Assembly: GCA_018384485.1 (NCBI GenBank)
Contig: JAHBAE010000051.1
Coordinates: forward strand, 1-55,910
DNA length: 55,910 nt
From: Kiritimatiellia bacterium
GTDB taxonomy: Bacteria; Verrucomicrobiota; Kiritimatiellia; RFP12; UBA1067
Reading direction: 5' to 3'
The position numbers were made by a program, and so were the translations under genes. Each line of letters begins with the position of its first letter. Position 1 is the first letter of the stretch. A model generated the notes under the pieces. The model was not told where the DNA came from. It ran no database searches and worked only from the letters and a program-made list of their open reading frames with translations. Of the stretch, positions 34,629-47,614 are shown in pieces.

Positions 34629-37600
34629 GCCAACCCCTTGCGTTTACGCAGAACCCACAATATTGAAAGTGCCGCGATAAGAATCATGAGAGCAGACGGA
34701 TGATTCCATATCGGATCTTCAACATGCTCAACTACATCAACGGAACCAGCGCCAAATCCATTTTCAAGCAGACTTAAATCATCCCCAACCTTAAATACGC
34801 GCGAACCTGTCATGCGAGCCATTTGCTCAGGTATTTTCATATCGGCCTTTACCGACGCATATTCAACCGGCGCGAGAGTGCGGCTCGACACAAAGTAGGT
34901 GGAAAGATCAGCCGGCCAACAATCCCCGAGCGATGCGGCAACATTCTTATCTTCAATCTTGACGGAATACTTTCCTTCTTCAGCCGTATCATCGAAAATG
35001 GCATCGTAATAGCCGTTTCCGCCAGGGCGCTTGGTTAAGGCTATAGAATGTGTAGGCCCACCGTTCGGAGATGTTACGATAGCTACGGGATTAGCATTCG
35101 TAATGGGATTGAAATCGCGATCGGTAAACTTGACTGAAAGCTTAACTTCTTCACCGGGAAGTATATTCATTTTCCCCGGGCCAACTCTTACATTGGCGTT
35201 TCCGTCGCGAAGCTTCTCGCCAGAACCCCAATTTACAATATTGCCCCAGAAGCGATGATGATACCTGTCTCCCGTGCGGTAGCGCAAGCGCCAAGTCTCG
35301 TCGGTGGCGAGGAAGACCACCTTCCCTTTGCCAGTTTCGGAAGTGACAACAAGAGGCAGGCTGTGAGCCGTGGAATCGCCGGAATAGAGAAGTATTTCAG
35401 AGCCAGGCTTAACTACAAGACCGTCAAGCATCGCACGCGCCGGAGGGAGCGAGCCCCATACTCTGCCGTTTTCAGAAAGCGTATGCGAAACTGATGTAAC
35501 AGGGTGGCTCATCCCTGAGGGCGTAAGGGTAAACTGCACCTCTTTTTCAACCCAGCGGGCAGTTACCTCGCCAGATGTATTAGTGATTGCTACCGGAAGA
35601 ATACGCATCAAATCATCTTTAACGTACTCACACGGCATAAACCTCTCGCCTGCAATAAACACAATCATTGTGCCGCGCTCTTCAGCAACGCGGAGAATGG
35701 AGCGGCGCGCATTTTCATCGAAGAACGACGGCGGGACGTCACCGATGACAATAACATCGAACTTGCGCCAGTCATCGTATGAACGCGGCAGCAGATTCGC
35801 CTCGGCATCGCCGAATTTCCGTGTTGCATCTGCCGCGATTGGAGCTTCAGAAGCGGAATGAGCAGTTTTATCGGGCTCGGCAAGCACGTACTGGAGGTGC
35901 ACTGATTTGTCTCTGGCGAAGAATAGGTTGCGCAGATACCTAAACTCCCACCTCGGGCGGCCGTCGATAATAAGCACATTTGTGCGGTCATCGGAGACGG
36001 CAACATCAAAAGGCCAAACGTCGTTCTTCTCTTCAACATCGCCTTCCAGACTATTAATGGCGACTGAATATGAATGAACGCCCTTGGTTATGGGATCATG
36101 TACGAAGCGGACGCTTTGAGACCAATCATCGGAATTTATCTCGTACTCCTTCTTTTCGATCTCTTTATCGCCCTCAAAGAGACAGACTGAAATCTTCTTG
36201 CCGTTCATCCCTGATGCGTGAACGACTGCCGTCGGGCGGATCTTATCTCCGAGATAAACCATCTCAGGAATGGTAAGCGACGTTACAGCCGCATCGACGC
36301 GGTTCGAAAGCGAGCCCACGACTACAGATGAAATTTTTGCTCCCGCACGCGCAAAGCGGCGGACAGCGGCAGAGATCTCGCCGCCTGCCGTATCACAGCC
36401 GTCTGTAATAAACACAGCTCCAGAGAGTTCATCGCTGGGAATAGTTTCAAGAATATCATCGAGGGCTGCGGCAAAATCAGTGGACGACGAGCCGAAGACG
36501 AGTTCTTCAACATCGTAGTTTTTAGAAAGGATGCCCCGAATCCGAGAAGCAAGATTGGTAGCAACAGTCAAACGCGCCACCTCGTTCGTATCAACGGGCT
36601 GATCGCTTCGTTGCATCGAAAGCGAACAGTCGGTTATTACGGCAACTCTGCGATGGATGCGGCGTTTGACATCATGCACCCAGCTAATATGCATAAACTG
36701 CCATACCATCGCAAGAACAGCGACAACGCGCAACGCTGTAAAAAGATGTGATTTTACCAGGCCGCCTCTTGTTGAATCGAGCCTGCGCGAGAAAAGGATC
36801 TCGGCAAGAAGAAGGAGAATGGCCGCTATGGCAAACGGACGCCAGATTTCAAGACCGAAACTTTTCCCGACAATTGCGGCGAGCGCATCATCGCGGCTGC
36901 GCGCCACGCCAAGATTTATGGAAACTGATACCGCGTCAAGCTGCTCGGCTGTAAGCTCAGTCAAATCACCCTCGCGGGAGCGCCAGGTATAATCATCTGA
37001 GGAAGAAACGAAATTCGTTGCAAGAGAGCTGTAGACAAGCTCGTGGACGAAGGGCACAAACTGAGGCCTCGCAGGAAGAGTCGTACAGGAGAAATCCAGC
37101 GGGAAACCGAGCGTTACCGTACGGCCGCGCCCAACGGAAGAAATAACGCCAGCACATTCACCGTTGGAATAGCGCCACGCGCATTCGCTGTTTTTTCCAA
37201 ACGCGTTCTCGTCGAATGCAGCGTGAGCGATGACAGGAGCACCTTTGAATGTAACGTTTTCGACGGAATCATTCCAGTTGGTCCATTTCGCGGCAAAAAG
37301 CGAATTTGTGTAATACTCGTGCTTAGACTGAGGCCCAAGCAAGTTGACGAGAGAACCGCCATTTATGACATACTTCGAAAGATTCGTCGTCGCCACGGCG
37401 GAGAGCATCGGAACATCGCAGAGAATTGCCGCATGAACGCCTTTAAACGCTTTCTCATTTTCAAGCGAGGCGGAACGGACGACTTTGGGCCTAACGAGAA
37501 ATCCGAGGTTCGTCCCCTTCACAGCGGGGCTTAAAGCCGCTTCCACGAACGCACCTGCGCGGTCATATCCGGTGGAGGCCGGCCGCCCATCCACGAGCAA

Positions 37601-38641
37601 GACATTAATTTCGTCCGATACTTCAACTTGATTTGTACAGATGGAATCAGAGGGAATATCGTCGGATAATGAAAGCGATGCTACAACGTTCCTCTTGCCG
37701 CTCTTATCAAACAAGTGCGTAAAGGCGAACGTTCTTGAAAGGCCGGGAAGAATCTGACCTACCGGCAAACGCGCCTTTTCCTCTCCATCAACGGAAAAGA
37801 CGGCGTCTCCCGGAGCAAACGCTTCGCTTCCGGAATTGACAACGCTTACCGTGAAGGTTACGGGACGGTCGGTGCCGATTACTCCGCTTGAAGGGATGAC
37901 GGCGGCAATCGCCGCGTTCTGAACTTTCTCAGGACGCTGAAAAGCGCGCCAAACCACAGGCGGGCGCACCGGAAACCTCTCGAAAACGCGCTCGACGCGC
38001 AACCACTGAGCCCTATCTTCCGTGCGCCAGCCGTAACCTTGACCGTCACCGAATATGATGACTTCCTTCAAAGGATTCTTGCCGACAGAAAGCACCTCCC
38101 CGGCCGCCACAAGAGTATTCGGCACATCCATCGCATCCGAGGAAGATTTGATTTTATGGAGAAGCTCAATAATCTCGCGCTTGTCGGAAATTGGAGAAGG
38201 CGTGAGAATAAGAGGCGTGCGCTCGCCCACAACAAGGCCGAACTTCGTGCCAGAAGGCGAAAGACGCACCAATTCCTCGGCCTCTTCAACAGCATTCTCG
38301 AACGTGGTTTTGCCGCCCGACCCCCCGAGCCGCATAGATGCGGAAGAATCAATTACTATAACTACATCTTTATCGGTTCCCGCGAGGCCGAAGAAACTTA
38401 TCTCCTTCAAAAAAGGCCTTGCAAAGGCAATTACTGCGGCAATGATAAGAAGAGTGCGAATAGCGAGAAGAATGATATCTTCAAGAATGAGCCTGCTGCG
38501 CTTCACGTTGAGCGATTCGCTCAGAAATATCCACGCGCCCCAAAGAATCTGGTCCGCCGTGCGCTTGCGCAAGAGATGGATTATAACTGGTATTGCCGCG
38601 GCAAGAAGGCCTGTTAAAACCAATGGAGCGAAAAATGACAT
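34625..38641 (-). CDS. BatA-type N-terminal double-TM protein with two vWA (MIDAS) domains and a C-terminal TM anchor
   Basis: 1338 aa. N-terminus FFAPLVLTGLLAAAIPVIIHLL. MIDAS motifs VVIVIDSSASM and VAVITDCSLSM. Central TM helices. C-terminal TM ALMILIAALSILWVLRKRK. Confidence 0.75.
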   Translation of the reverse strand: MSFFAPLVLTGLLAAAIPVIIHLLRKRTADQILWGAWIFLSESLNVKRSRLILEDIILLAIRTLLIIAAVIAFARPFLKEISFFGLAGTDKDVVIVIDSSASMRLGGSGGKTTFENAVEEAEELVRLSPSGTKFGLVVGERTPLILTPSPISDKREIIELLHKIKSSSDAMDVPNTLVAAGEVLSVGKNPLKEVIIFGDGQGYGWRTEDRAQWLRVERVFERFPVRPPVVWRAFQRPEKVQNAAIAAVIPSSGVIGTDRPVTFTVSVVNSGSEAFAPGDAVFSVDGEEKARLPVGQILPGLSRTFAFTHLFDKSGKRNVVASLSLSDDIPSDSICTNQVEVSDEINVLLVDGRPASTGYDRAGAFVEAALSPAVKGTNLGFLVRPKVVRSASLENEKAFKGVHAAILCDVPMLSAVATTNLSKYVINGGSLVNLLGPQSKHEYYTNSLFAAKWTNWNDSVENVTFKGAPVIAHAAFDENAFGKNSECAWRYSNGECAGVISSVGRGRTVTLGFPLDFSCTTLPARPQFVPFVHELVYSSLATNFVSSSDDYTWRSREGDLTELTAEQLDAVSVSINLGVARSRDDALAAIVGKSFGLEIWRPFAIAAILLLLAEILFSRRLDSTRGGLVKSHLFTALRVVAVLAMVWQFMHISWVHDVKRRIHRRVAVITDCSLSMQRSDQPVDTNEVARLTVATNLASRIRGILSKNYDVEELVFGSSSTDFAAALDDILETIPSDELSGAVFITDGCDTAGGEISAAVRRFARAGAKISSVVVGSLSNRVDAAVTSLTIPEMVYLGDKIRPTAVVHASGMNGKKISVCLFEGDKEIEKKEYEINSDDWSQSVRFVHDPITKGVHSYSVAINSLEGDVEEKNDVWPFDVAVSDDRTNVLIIDGRPRWEFRYLRNLFFARDKSVHLQYVLAEPDKTAHSASEAPIAADATRKFGDAEANLLPRSYDDWRKFDVIVIGDVPPSFFDENARRSILRVAEERGTMIVFIAGERFMPCEYVKDDLMRILPVAITNTSGEVTARWVEKEVQFTLTPSGMSHPVTSVSHTLSENGRVWGSLPPARAMLDGLVVKPGSEILLYSGDSTAHSLPLVVTSETGKGKVVFLATDETWRLRYRTGDRYHHRFWGNIVNWGSGEKLRDGNANVRVGPGKMNILPGEEVKLSVKFTDRDFNPITNANPVAIVTSPNGGPTHSIALTKRPGGNGYYDAIFDDTAEEGKYSVKIEDKNVAASLGDCWPADLSTYFVSSRTLAPVEYASVKADMKIPEQMARMTGSRVFKVGDDLSLLENGFGAGSVDVVEHVEDPIWNHPSALMILIAALSILWVLRKRKGLA

Positions 38642-39564
38642 CAGCCTCTTCCTCCGTTCTGATGATACCTTATAAGAATATCGGCGAGAGCCTCATCGAA
38701 AGGAGTGCTTGTCGAAACTAACTCGCCGGTAATATGCAGCTCGCCGCACGCACGCTTAAACTCATTATGATGCTTATTGAAACGCTCAAGATACTCGTTT
38801 CTGATTGCACGCGTGTCGATATTGAGGACGGAAGAACTCTCAAGATCTTCAAAGCGGCTCATTCTGGAATACGGGAAGTTAAGCTCTTCGTCCGCAACTA
38901 TCTGAACGGCTATGACTTCATGCTTGCGGTAGCTAAGATGATGAAGCGCCTTTACAAGGGAATTTATCTCGCTGAAAAAGTCGCTCAAAAGAAGAACAAC
39001 TCCCCTTCTCGGTATACGCTCAGCCACATCGTGCAAGACATCGGCAGTTTGCGTCTCTCCGCCGCATTCAAGTGAATTTATTGACTCAAGAATATTTTTA
39101 AGCTGCGCCGGACGCGATTTTGCGGGAATGAAATTACGGATAAGCGAATCGTACGTGACTAACCCGACGGCATCCTGCTGATTTATCAGAAGATAGGAAA
39201 ACAATGCCGCCAGATGCTTGGCGTAATTAAGTTTAGTCAACCCCGCATACGCTTTCTTGCCGCGGAAATTCATCGAACCGGAAGAATCGAGAACGACGGT
39301 GGCCCTCAGATTAGTCTCATCGACAAACTCACGGATATAAAGCCTGCGCGTGCGCGCCACGATTTTCCAGTCGAGCGAACGGATATCGTCGCCGGGCACA
39401 TACTGCCGGTGTTCGGCAAATTCGACGCTCGAGCCCTTCCGCACGCTCTTGTGGCGGCCGGCGACAAAACCGTCGACGGCGCCATGCGCAAGAAACTCAA
39501 GCTTGCCGATTTTCTGGAGGCTCGCGGCGGGCAGCCACCGCATATATGCGGGAAGATCAGACAT
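38641..39564 (-). CDS. DUF58-family protein (vWA-like, MoxR partner)
   Basis: 307 aa. [20 protein letters not shown] motif and VVLDSSGSM. 1-nt TGATG overlap with the downstream gene. Confidence 0.85.
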   Translation of the reverse strand: MSDLPAYMRWLPAASLQKIGKLEFLAHGAVDGFVAGRHKSVRKGSSVEFAEHRQYVPGDDIRSLDWKIVARTRRLYIREFVDETNLRATVVLDSSGSMNFRGKKAYAGLTKLNYAKHLAALFSYLLINQQDAVGLVTYDSLIRNFIPAKSRPAQLKNILESINSLECGGETQTADVLHDVAERIPRRGVVLLLSDFFSEINSLVKALHHLSYRKHEVIAVQIVADEELNFPYSRMSRFEDLESSSVLNIDTRAIRNEYLERFNKHHNEFKRACGELHITGELVSTSTPFDEALADILIRYHQNGGRG

Positions 39565-40579
39565 CGATCTCTTCGCTTGTACGCAGATGGTTAAGAAGCC
39601 TTAGAACAATATCGTCGGTTGTTACACCAGCAGCCTCAGCGTTGAACGTTGCGGCTATACGATGCCTGAGAACGGGGAGAGATGCCCATTTGACATCTGC
39701 GAGCGTCGCATACGCACGCCCCTGAAGAACTGCACGGGCTTTCGCCGCCGTTACGAGCGACATCCCAGCGCGAGGCCCAGCCCCCCAGCTTACAAGCTCC
39801 TTAATAAACTCAGGCGCTTCTGGTGATTTCGGGCGTGTGGCGCGTACGAAATCAGCGGCGTACTCGATAACGTAATCTGCCGCGGGGATGCGCCTTATGA
39901 GATCTTGAAGCTCAAGAATCTCTTCTGCGGTAAAAACGACATTTGATTTCTCTCCGCTCTCCCCTGTTGTGCGGCGGATAATTTCACACTCCTCTTCACG
40001 CGAGGGATAATCGACTTTAACATTGAAAAGGAAGCGGTCGAGCTGGGCTTCGGGAAGCGGATACGTCCCCTCCTGCTCGATCGGGTTTTGCGTTGCGAGA
40101 ACGAAAAAGGGATTGCCCAGCGGGTGAGACTCGCCACCAACGGTGACAAAACGCTCCTGCATCGCCTCCAGAAGAGCCGCCTGAGTTTTGGGAGGAGTGC
40201 GGTTGATTTCGTCCGCAAGAAGGATATTCGTAAACACAGGCCCTTTGACGAACCTGAAAACGTGCTTGCCCGTGACGCGGTCTTCATCGAGAATCTCAGT
40301 GCCCGTAACATCGGCAGGCATAAGGTCAGGCGTGAACTGAACGCGCTTAAAATCGAGCTGCATGGTCTCGGCGATTGTTCTAACAAGAAGCGTCTTGGCA
40401 AGCCCGGGAACACCGGTGAGAAGCACATGACCGCGCGCAAAAACGGCCGTAAGCACTTCATCGATCATCGCCTCCTGGCCGACAATCGTCTTAGCCAGTT
40501 CGCGTTTCAACTCAACGAACTTCGCGTGGAATTTTTCCATACGGGCGATGTCCGCCTCTGACTGTGTCTCATTCATCAA
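39557..40579 (-). CDS. MoxR-family AAA+ ATPase
   Basis: 340 aa. Walker A GVPGLAKT, Walker B LLADEINR, and [22 protein letters not shown]. Confidence 0.92.
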   Translation of the reverse strand: MMNETQSEADIARMEKFHAKFVELKRELAKTIVGQEAMIDEVLTAVFARGHVLLTGVPGLAKTLLVRTIAETMQLDFKRVQFTPDLMPADVTGTEILDEDRVTGKHVFRFVKGPVFTNILLADEINRTPPKTQAALLEAMQERFVTVGGESHPLGNPFFVLATQNPIEQEGTYPLPEAQLDRFLFNVKVDYPSREEECEIIRRTTGESGEKSNVVFTAEEILELQDLIRRIPAADYVIEYAADFVRATRPKSPEAPEFIKELVSWGAGPRAGMSLVTAAKARAVLQGRAYATLADVKWASLPVLRHRIAATFNAEAAGVTTDDIVLRLLNHLRTSEEIDV

Positions 40580-42342
40580 TTTTCATTCCTTTCTTCTTCG
40601 TCGTCGACAGTTTCGTCGCGTTGATAAATAGGCAACATACGATACGGCACTGCCAGCGCAAGAGCCGTCATTGAAGTGGCATAAGGCTCGCTGCCGACAG
40701 AGTCGCTCTGCCATGAGCCGTCAGGTTTTTGACGCTTAAGATATTCCTTATGCATCCAAGATTCAAAATTGCGCCAATAATCACCGCCTAACTGGAAAAA
40801 CCCCTGCGATGTGTAATAAAGGGCATAATAGCAATAACCTGAATGAAGAAGCGTATTCTTGTATACGTTAGAGAGATATTTGGCGGCTTTCAACGACGCG
40901 GGATCAAGATGGCGGCCGCAAAGCTCAAGGCAGAGTATTCCCGCCCCTGATAGCGTCTCGGCATAGCCACCATTGTTCTGATAGGAAAAGCGCCCATCTT
41001 GCGTCTGAGTGCGCTTAATATAAAGAACTGCTTTTTCAATCGCTTCATCAGGTATCTTCGCACCATTCAAACGCGCACTTCTAAGCGCCATAAGGGCCCA
41101 CCCGCTGCACGACAAGTCGCTATCTTGGGCATCTGGCTGATACCTCCATCCGCCGACATCAGCATCGCTTCTCTTCTTGATATTCTGAGCGTCGACAATA
41201 AGCTTGATTGCATGAGGTAAAACTGCATCAATGCGCGCTTGGTACTCATCATTGACCATACCACTGATTTCCGAAAGGAACAAGGTTCCGATGGAATGAG
41301 CATACATAGCTCCTTCACCGCCCATAAACCCGGGGAAGCGCGATTTTGGATTCATATCGGCTAACTTGAGAACTGAATCCAAGCACTTGTATAAAGTCTC
41401 AGAATATTTGCCGCTCCCCGGCAGATACCCCTTGGAAAGAAAAGCCATGCCTGCAAGAGATGGAATGGCGGCTGTATTGCCGTACCTTCCGTTAAACGTC
41501 CCATCCTCCTTTTGGCTTGACGAGAGATATTGAAGAGCCCTTTCAATCGATTTGTCGACATCATCTGCCACAGGCGAATAGATTGACCTTCCTCCTGCAA
41601 TACGCCAGGAACGCGCGTTCAATACAGAAGAATCAATTTTTGAACTTGGCTTTTCCTCTGGAGCTTTATTATTTAAGGAATCGACAAGAATTGAAGTTGT
41701 TCCCGCGCCAATCGCCCCTAAAGCGAGCAAAGAGCACACAATCGACCACGCACGCTTATAAAGCCACCCTTTCGGCCGCGTAGCCTTAACAAGCCTATCG
41801 GCAAATTCAGGAGAAAGCTCCGTATCCATGAGCATCGCATAAAGCGCATCCTTCGCGTAATGTAGACGGCTACGGACAGTTCCTTCAGGAATGCCTGAAA
41901 TTTTTGAAATTTCAGCCGTCGACATCTCTTCGAAATATTTTAAAATGACTACTTCGCGATAGCTTTCCGGAAGGCGTGTAACGGCTTTGCGAACAGCCTC
42001 GGCACTTCCCCTAAAGGCAAATTCCTCAAAAATGTTCTTTTCATCCTGCACTTCAGGAAGCTCCCCCTCGCAAAGCGAAACCTTGCGAGAGGCTTTTTTC
42101 CTAACATCCATGCGATGAAAATTCAGAAGAATAGTGTATATCCAATAATAAAACGAGCCAGTTGGACGAAAATCATCAATCTTCAATATAGCCTGCTCAA
42201 AAGCTTTAAATACGAGATCTTCCGCTTCGCTTTCATCGCCGCAAAGCATTTTTGCGGCTGTTTGCAGCCGCGCCCGATACTCCGAAACGAGCATTCTTGC
42301 ACCCGCTTCGCGATCTTTTTTTATTAACTCGTAAATCTCCAT
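40576..42342 (-). CDS. ECF sigma-70 factor fused via one TM helix to an extracytoplasmic prenyltransferase/terpene-cyclase-like repeat domain
   Basis: 588 aa. Region 2 is [10 protein letters not shown]...[17 protein letters not shown]. Region 4 is [37 protein letters not shown]. The TM helix is [23 protein letters not shown]. Four QxxDG(s/t/r)(W/F)-type repeats follow: [15 protein letters not shown]...[17 protein letters not shown] and [10 protein letters not shown]. Confidence 0.8.
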   Translation of the reverse strand: MEIYELIKKDREAGARMLVSEYRARLQTAAKMLCGDESEAEDLVFKAFEQAILKIDDFRPTGSFYYWIYTILLNFHRMDVRKKASRKVSLCEGELPEVQDEKNIFEEFAFRGSAEAVRKAVTRLPESYREVVILKYFEEMSTAEISKISGIPEGTVRSRLHYAKDALYAMLMDTELSPEFADRLVKATRPKGWLYKRAWSIVCSLLALGAIGAGTTSILVDSLNNKAPEEKPSSKIDSSVLNARSWRIAGGRSIYSPVADDVDKSIERALQYLSSSQKEDGTFNGRYGNTAAIPSLAGMAFLSKGYLPGSGKYSETLYKCLDSVLKLADMNPKSRFPGFMGGEGAMYAHSIGTLFLSEISGMVNDEYQARIDAVLPHAIKLIVDAQNIKKRSDADVGGWRYQPDAQDSDLSCSGWALMALRSARLNGAKIPDEAIEKAVLYIKRTQTQDGRFSYQNNGGYAETLSGAGILCLELCGRHLDPASLKAAKYLSNVYKNTLLHSGYCYYALYYTSQGFFQLGGDYWRNFESWMHKEYLKRQKPDGSWQSDSVGSEPYATSMTALALAVPYRMLPIYQRDETVDDEEERNEN

Positions 42343-42392
42343 TCATTATCTAAATGTGTGACAACAAAAAATGTTCAAAATTTTTTCATTTT

Positions 42393-45173
<2,781 letters not shown>

Positions 45174-45181
<8 letters not shown>

Positions 45182-45860
45182 TTTTATCCCCTTTTCTATA
45201 CCGCACCAAAAGGTCTCTCACTTGATCTGTAAGAATCACAAGGAAGAGGGCCGGCATCGCAAATTCAATTCCCTTCGAGGGCAATTCAAACGCCGCGCCC
45301 ACTACCGCACCTGTCGTAGTGCCGAAAACCCAGTAAACCACATTGAAAAAATGATTCCATAGACAGTAGTACCTGTTCTTGAGAGGATCTTCTTCTCGAT
45401 GGGCAAGATCAAGCGCGAAAATTTCATCGGCTAACGAATGAATGAGAAACCATTTCTGGAAAAACGGCACGCCTCTCCATCGTTCACGCATGGAAAAACC
45501 GTAAAAAACATACCTAAAATTAACGCATAGCGTAAGAAGCGCCGTAGAAAGAGCTGAAGCGCCCGATGCCATAAGAGGAACCATTGCGAAAGAAAGCGTG
45601 CCCGACACTGATGAAAGCGCGATGAGCGCCGCCCAGAGAGGCGGATACGCGACTGAACCTTTGACCGCCATTAAGACACCTGCCGCAAAGCCCATAGTCG
45701 AATACCCTGCCAGAACAGGCAGCGATGCAACGAAGGCAGAACGGATTATCTTACGACGTTCTTCAAGCTTGATTACAGCAAACTCTCGCACAGCGATTCT
45801 CCAGAATCTTCGCAACGCGCTCGGCATCTTCAGGAGTGTCAACGCCGACGCCCTCATCAT
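45174..45860 (-). CDS. azlC: AzlC-family branched-chain amino acid exporter subunit
   Basis: 228 aa polytopic protein with PVLAGYSTMGFAAGV near the N-terminus. Every ATG start overlaps the kdsB 3-prime end by 65-98 nt. Confidence 0.75.
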
Positions 45861-46545
45861 CTGTGCGAACGACGGCTATTTTCGCCCCCATCCAAAGCGC
45901 TCTCAACTGCTCAAGCTTTTCAGTCTGTTCAAGCACACACGGACTTTCAGAAACATACTTTTTGAGGAAGAGTCCCCTGTATGCATAAATACCGAGGTGA
46001 CGAACATAGAGGCCTGAAGATAAATCAGGTTCGGAATCACGATCGCACGGGATGGGGGAGCGGGAGAAGTAAAGAGCGCCGTCATCATTATCAAGAACGA
46101 CCTTCACAACTGTTTTGGCGCGAAGGTCCTCAACAGACTTGATTGGCGTTACCGCCGTAGCCATCGCCCACTTTTCGTCGTTTTTAAGCCGCGCAACGAG
46201 CGCTTCTATAAGCGCAGGGTCGATAAGAGGCTCGTCGCCTTGAATGTTCACGAGAATATCGTCATCATCGAAATCGCGCCCAAGAAACTCGCGCGCCGCG
46301 CAGGCGATTCTATCAGTTCCGCTCGGAAGGTCGCTTGGCGTCATAACTGCCACCCCGCCGTATTCGCGCACTGCCCCAGCGATGCGCTCGTCATCTGTCG
46401 CGACGAGAATTTCATCAAGCCCTTTCGCTTTCGAAACAGCTTCAACCACCCATGCAACGAGCGGTTTGCCTGCAAGAACCGCAAGAGGTTTTCCGGGAAA
46501 TCTGCTTGAGCCATAGCGGCTTGGGATAATACCGTAAATTTTCAT
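45763..46545 (-). CDS. kdsB: 3-deoxy-manno-octulosonate cytidylyltransferase (CMP-Kdo synthetase)
   Basis: 260 aa. IIPSRYGSSRFPGKPL, NIQGDEP and VDTPEDAERV. Confidence 0.93.
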   Translation of the reverse strand: MKIYGIIPSRYGSSRFPGKPLAVLAGKPLVAWVVEAVSKAKGLDEILVATDDERIAGAVREYGGVAVMTPSDLPSGTDRIACAAREFLGRDFDDDDILVNIQGDEPLIDPALIEALVARLKNDEKWAMATAVTPIKSVEDLRAKTVVKVVLDNDDGALYFSRSPIPCDRDSEPDLSSGLYVRHLGIYAYRGLFLKKYVSESPCVLEQTEKLEQLRALWMGAKIAVVRTDDEGVGVDTPEDAERVAKILENRCARVCCNQA

Positions 46546-46587
46546 AACTTGATAGTCTTATTTTTCTGTCTTTTAATTTTCTACGCG

Positions 46588-47577
46588 TTAAATCTCGTCT
46601 TTAAGTTCGCGCAACATAATCGACTCGACGGCCTTAGTTACATCATACCCTTCGTAACAGGCTCTATATACTAAGTTGCAAATAGGCATATCAACTCCGA
46701 GCCGCTTGGCTATTTCGTGGACGACCTTTGAATTCCAAACGCCTTCCGCAACCATTTGCATCGAACTTAAAATGGAATCGATGCTCTCGCCTTTTCCGAG
46801 GCGCTCGCCAACGGAATGATTGCGCGAATGAACAGAAGTGCAGGTTACGATTAAATCGCCCACTCCCGCAAGGCCTGAAAGAGTCTCTGGCTTTCCTCCG
46901 TACGCAAGGACAAAACGCTTCATTTCAACTAAACCGCGAGTGATGATTGCGGCGCGCGTATTATCGCCAAATCCCATGCCATCGGAACAGCCTACTGCGA
47001 TTGCAAGAACATTCTTTACCGCTCCGCCAATCTCCACGCCAGCCGTATCAGATGAGGTATACACACGCATCCGCGGACCTGACCATATTTTTTGGACTTT
47101 CTTCGCCTTCTCTTCATCTGCACATGCCGCTACGATTGCCGTCGGTATGCCGCGGGATACCTCTTCCGCATGCGATGGCCCCGCCAAAGCGACAATCGGC
47201 CCTGTACCGAGGATTTCGGCAGCAATCTCGGTCATGCGCTTGTTTGTCGATTCGCAAAGCCCCTTCGTCAACGATACGACAAGCATCTCAGAAGTGATAA
47301 ACTCCTTAAAAGATTCGACTACAGATGCGAAAAATTTTGACGGCGGAGCAAATACCACAACATCCGCGCCAGACACAGCCTCTTGAATATTGGAGGAAAG
47401 GCGAATGTTTTCAGGAAGAGAAACGCCGGGAAGATAACGCGAATTTACTCGCGTCCGTTTCATCTCTTCTATATAATCGGGAAACGCACCCCAAAGCGTG
47501 ACTTCATGCCCATAGCCAGAAAGAAGAATCGCATTTGCGCTTCCCCAGCCACCGTCACCTATAACAGATATTTTCAT
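46588..47577 (-). CDS. gpsA: NAD(P)H-dependent glycerol-3-phosphate dehydrogenase
   Basis: Start at MKISVIGDGGWGS. The tracked ORF extends 23 codons further and would overlap the upstream gene. Typical GpsA blocks KGLC, GPSHAEEV and GAVKNV. Confidence 0.92.
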   Translation of the reverse strand: MKISVIGDGGWGSANAILLSGYGHEVTLWGAFPDYIEEMKRTRVNSRYLPGVSLPENIRLSSNIQEAVSGADVVVFAPPSKFFASVVESFKEFITSEMLVVSLTKGLCESTNKRMTEIAAEILGTGPIVALAGPSHAEEVSRGIPTAIVAACADEEKAKKVQKIWSGPRMRVYTSSDTAGVEIGGAVKNVLAIAVGCSDGMGFGDNTRAAIITRGLVEMKRFVLAYGGKPETLSGLAGVGDLIVTCTSVHSRNHSVGERLGKGESIDSILSSMQMVAEGVWNSKVVHEIAKRLGVDMPICNLVYRACYEGYDVTKAVESIMLRELKDEI

Positions 47578-47614
47578 GTTTCGCACTCTTATTTGGACAG
47601 ACCTTTTCCTGCCG

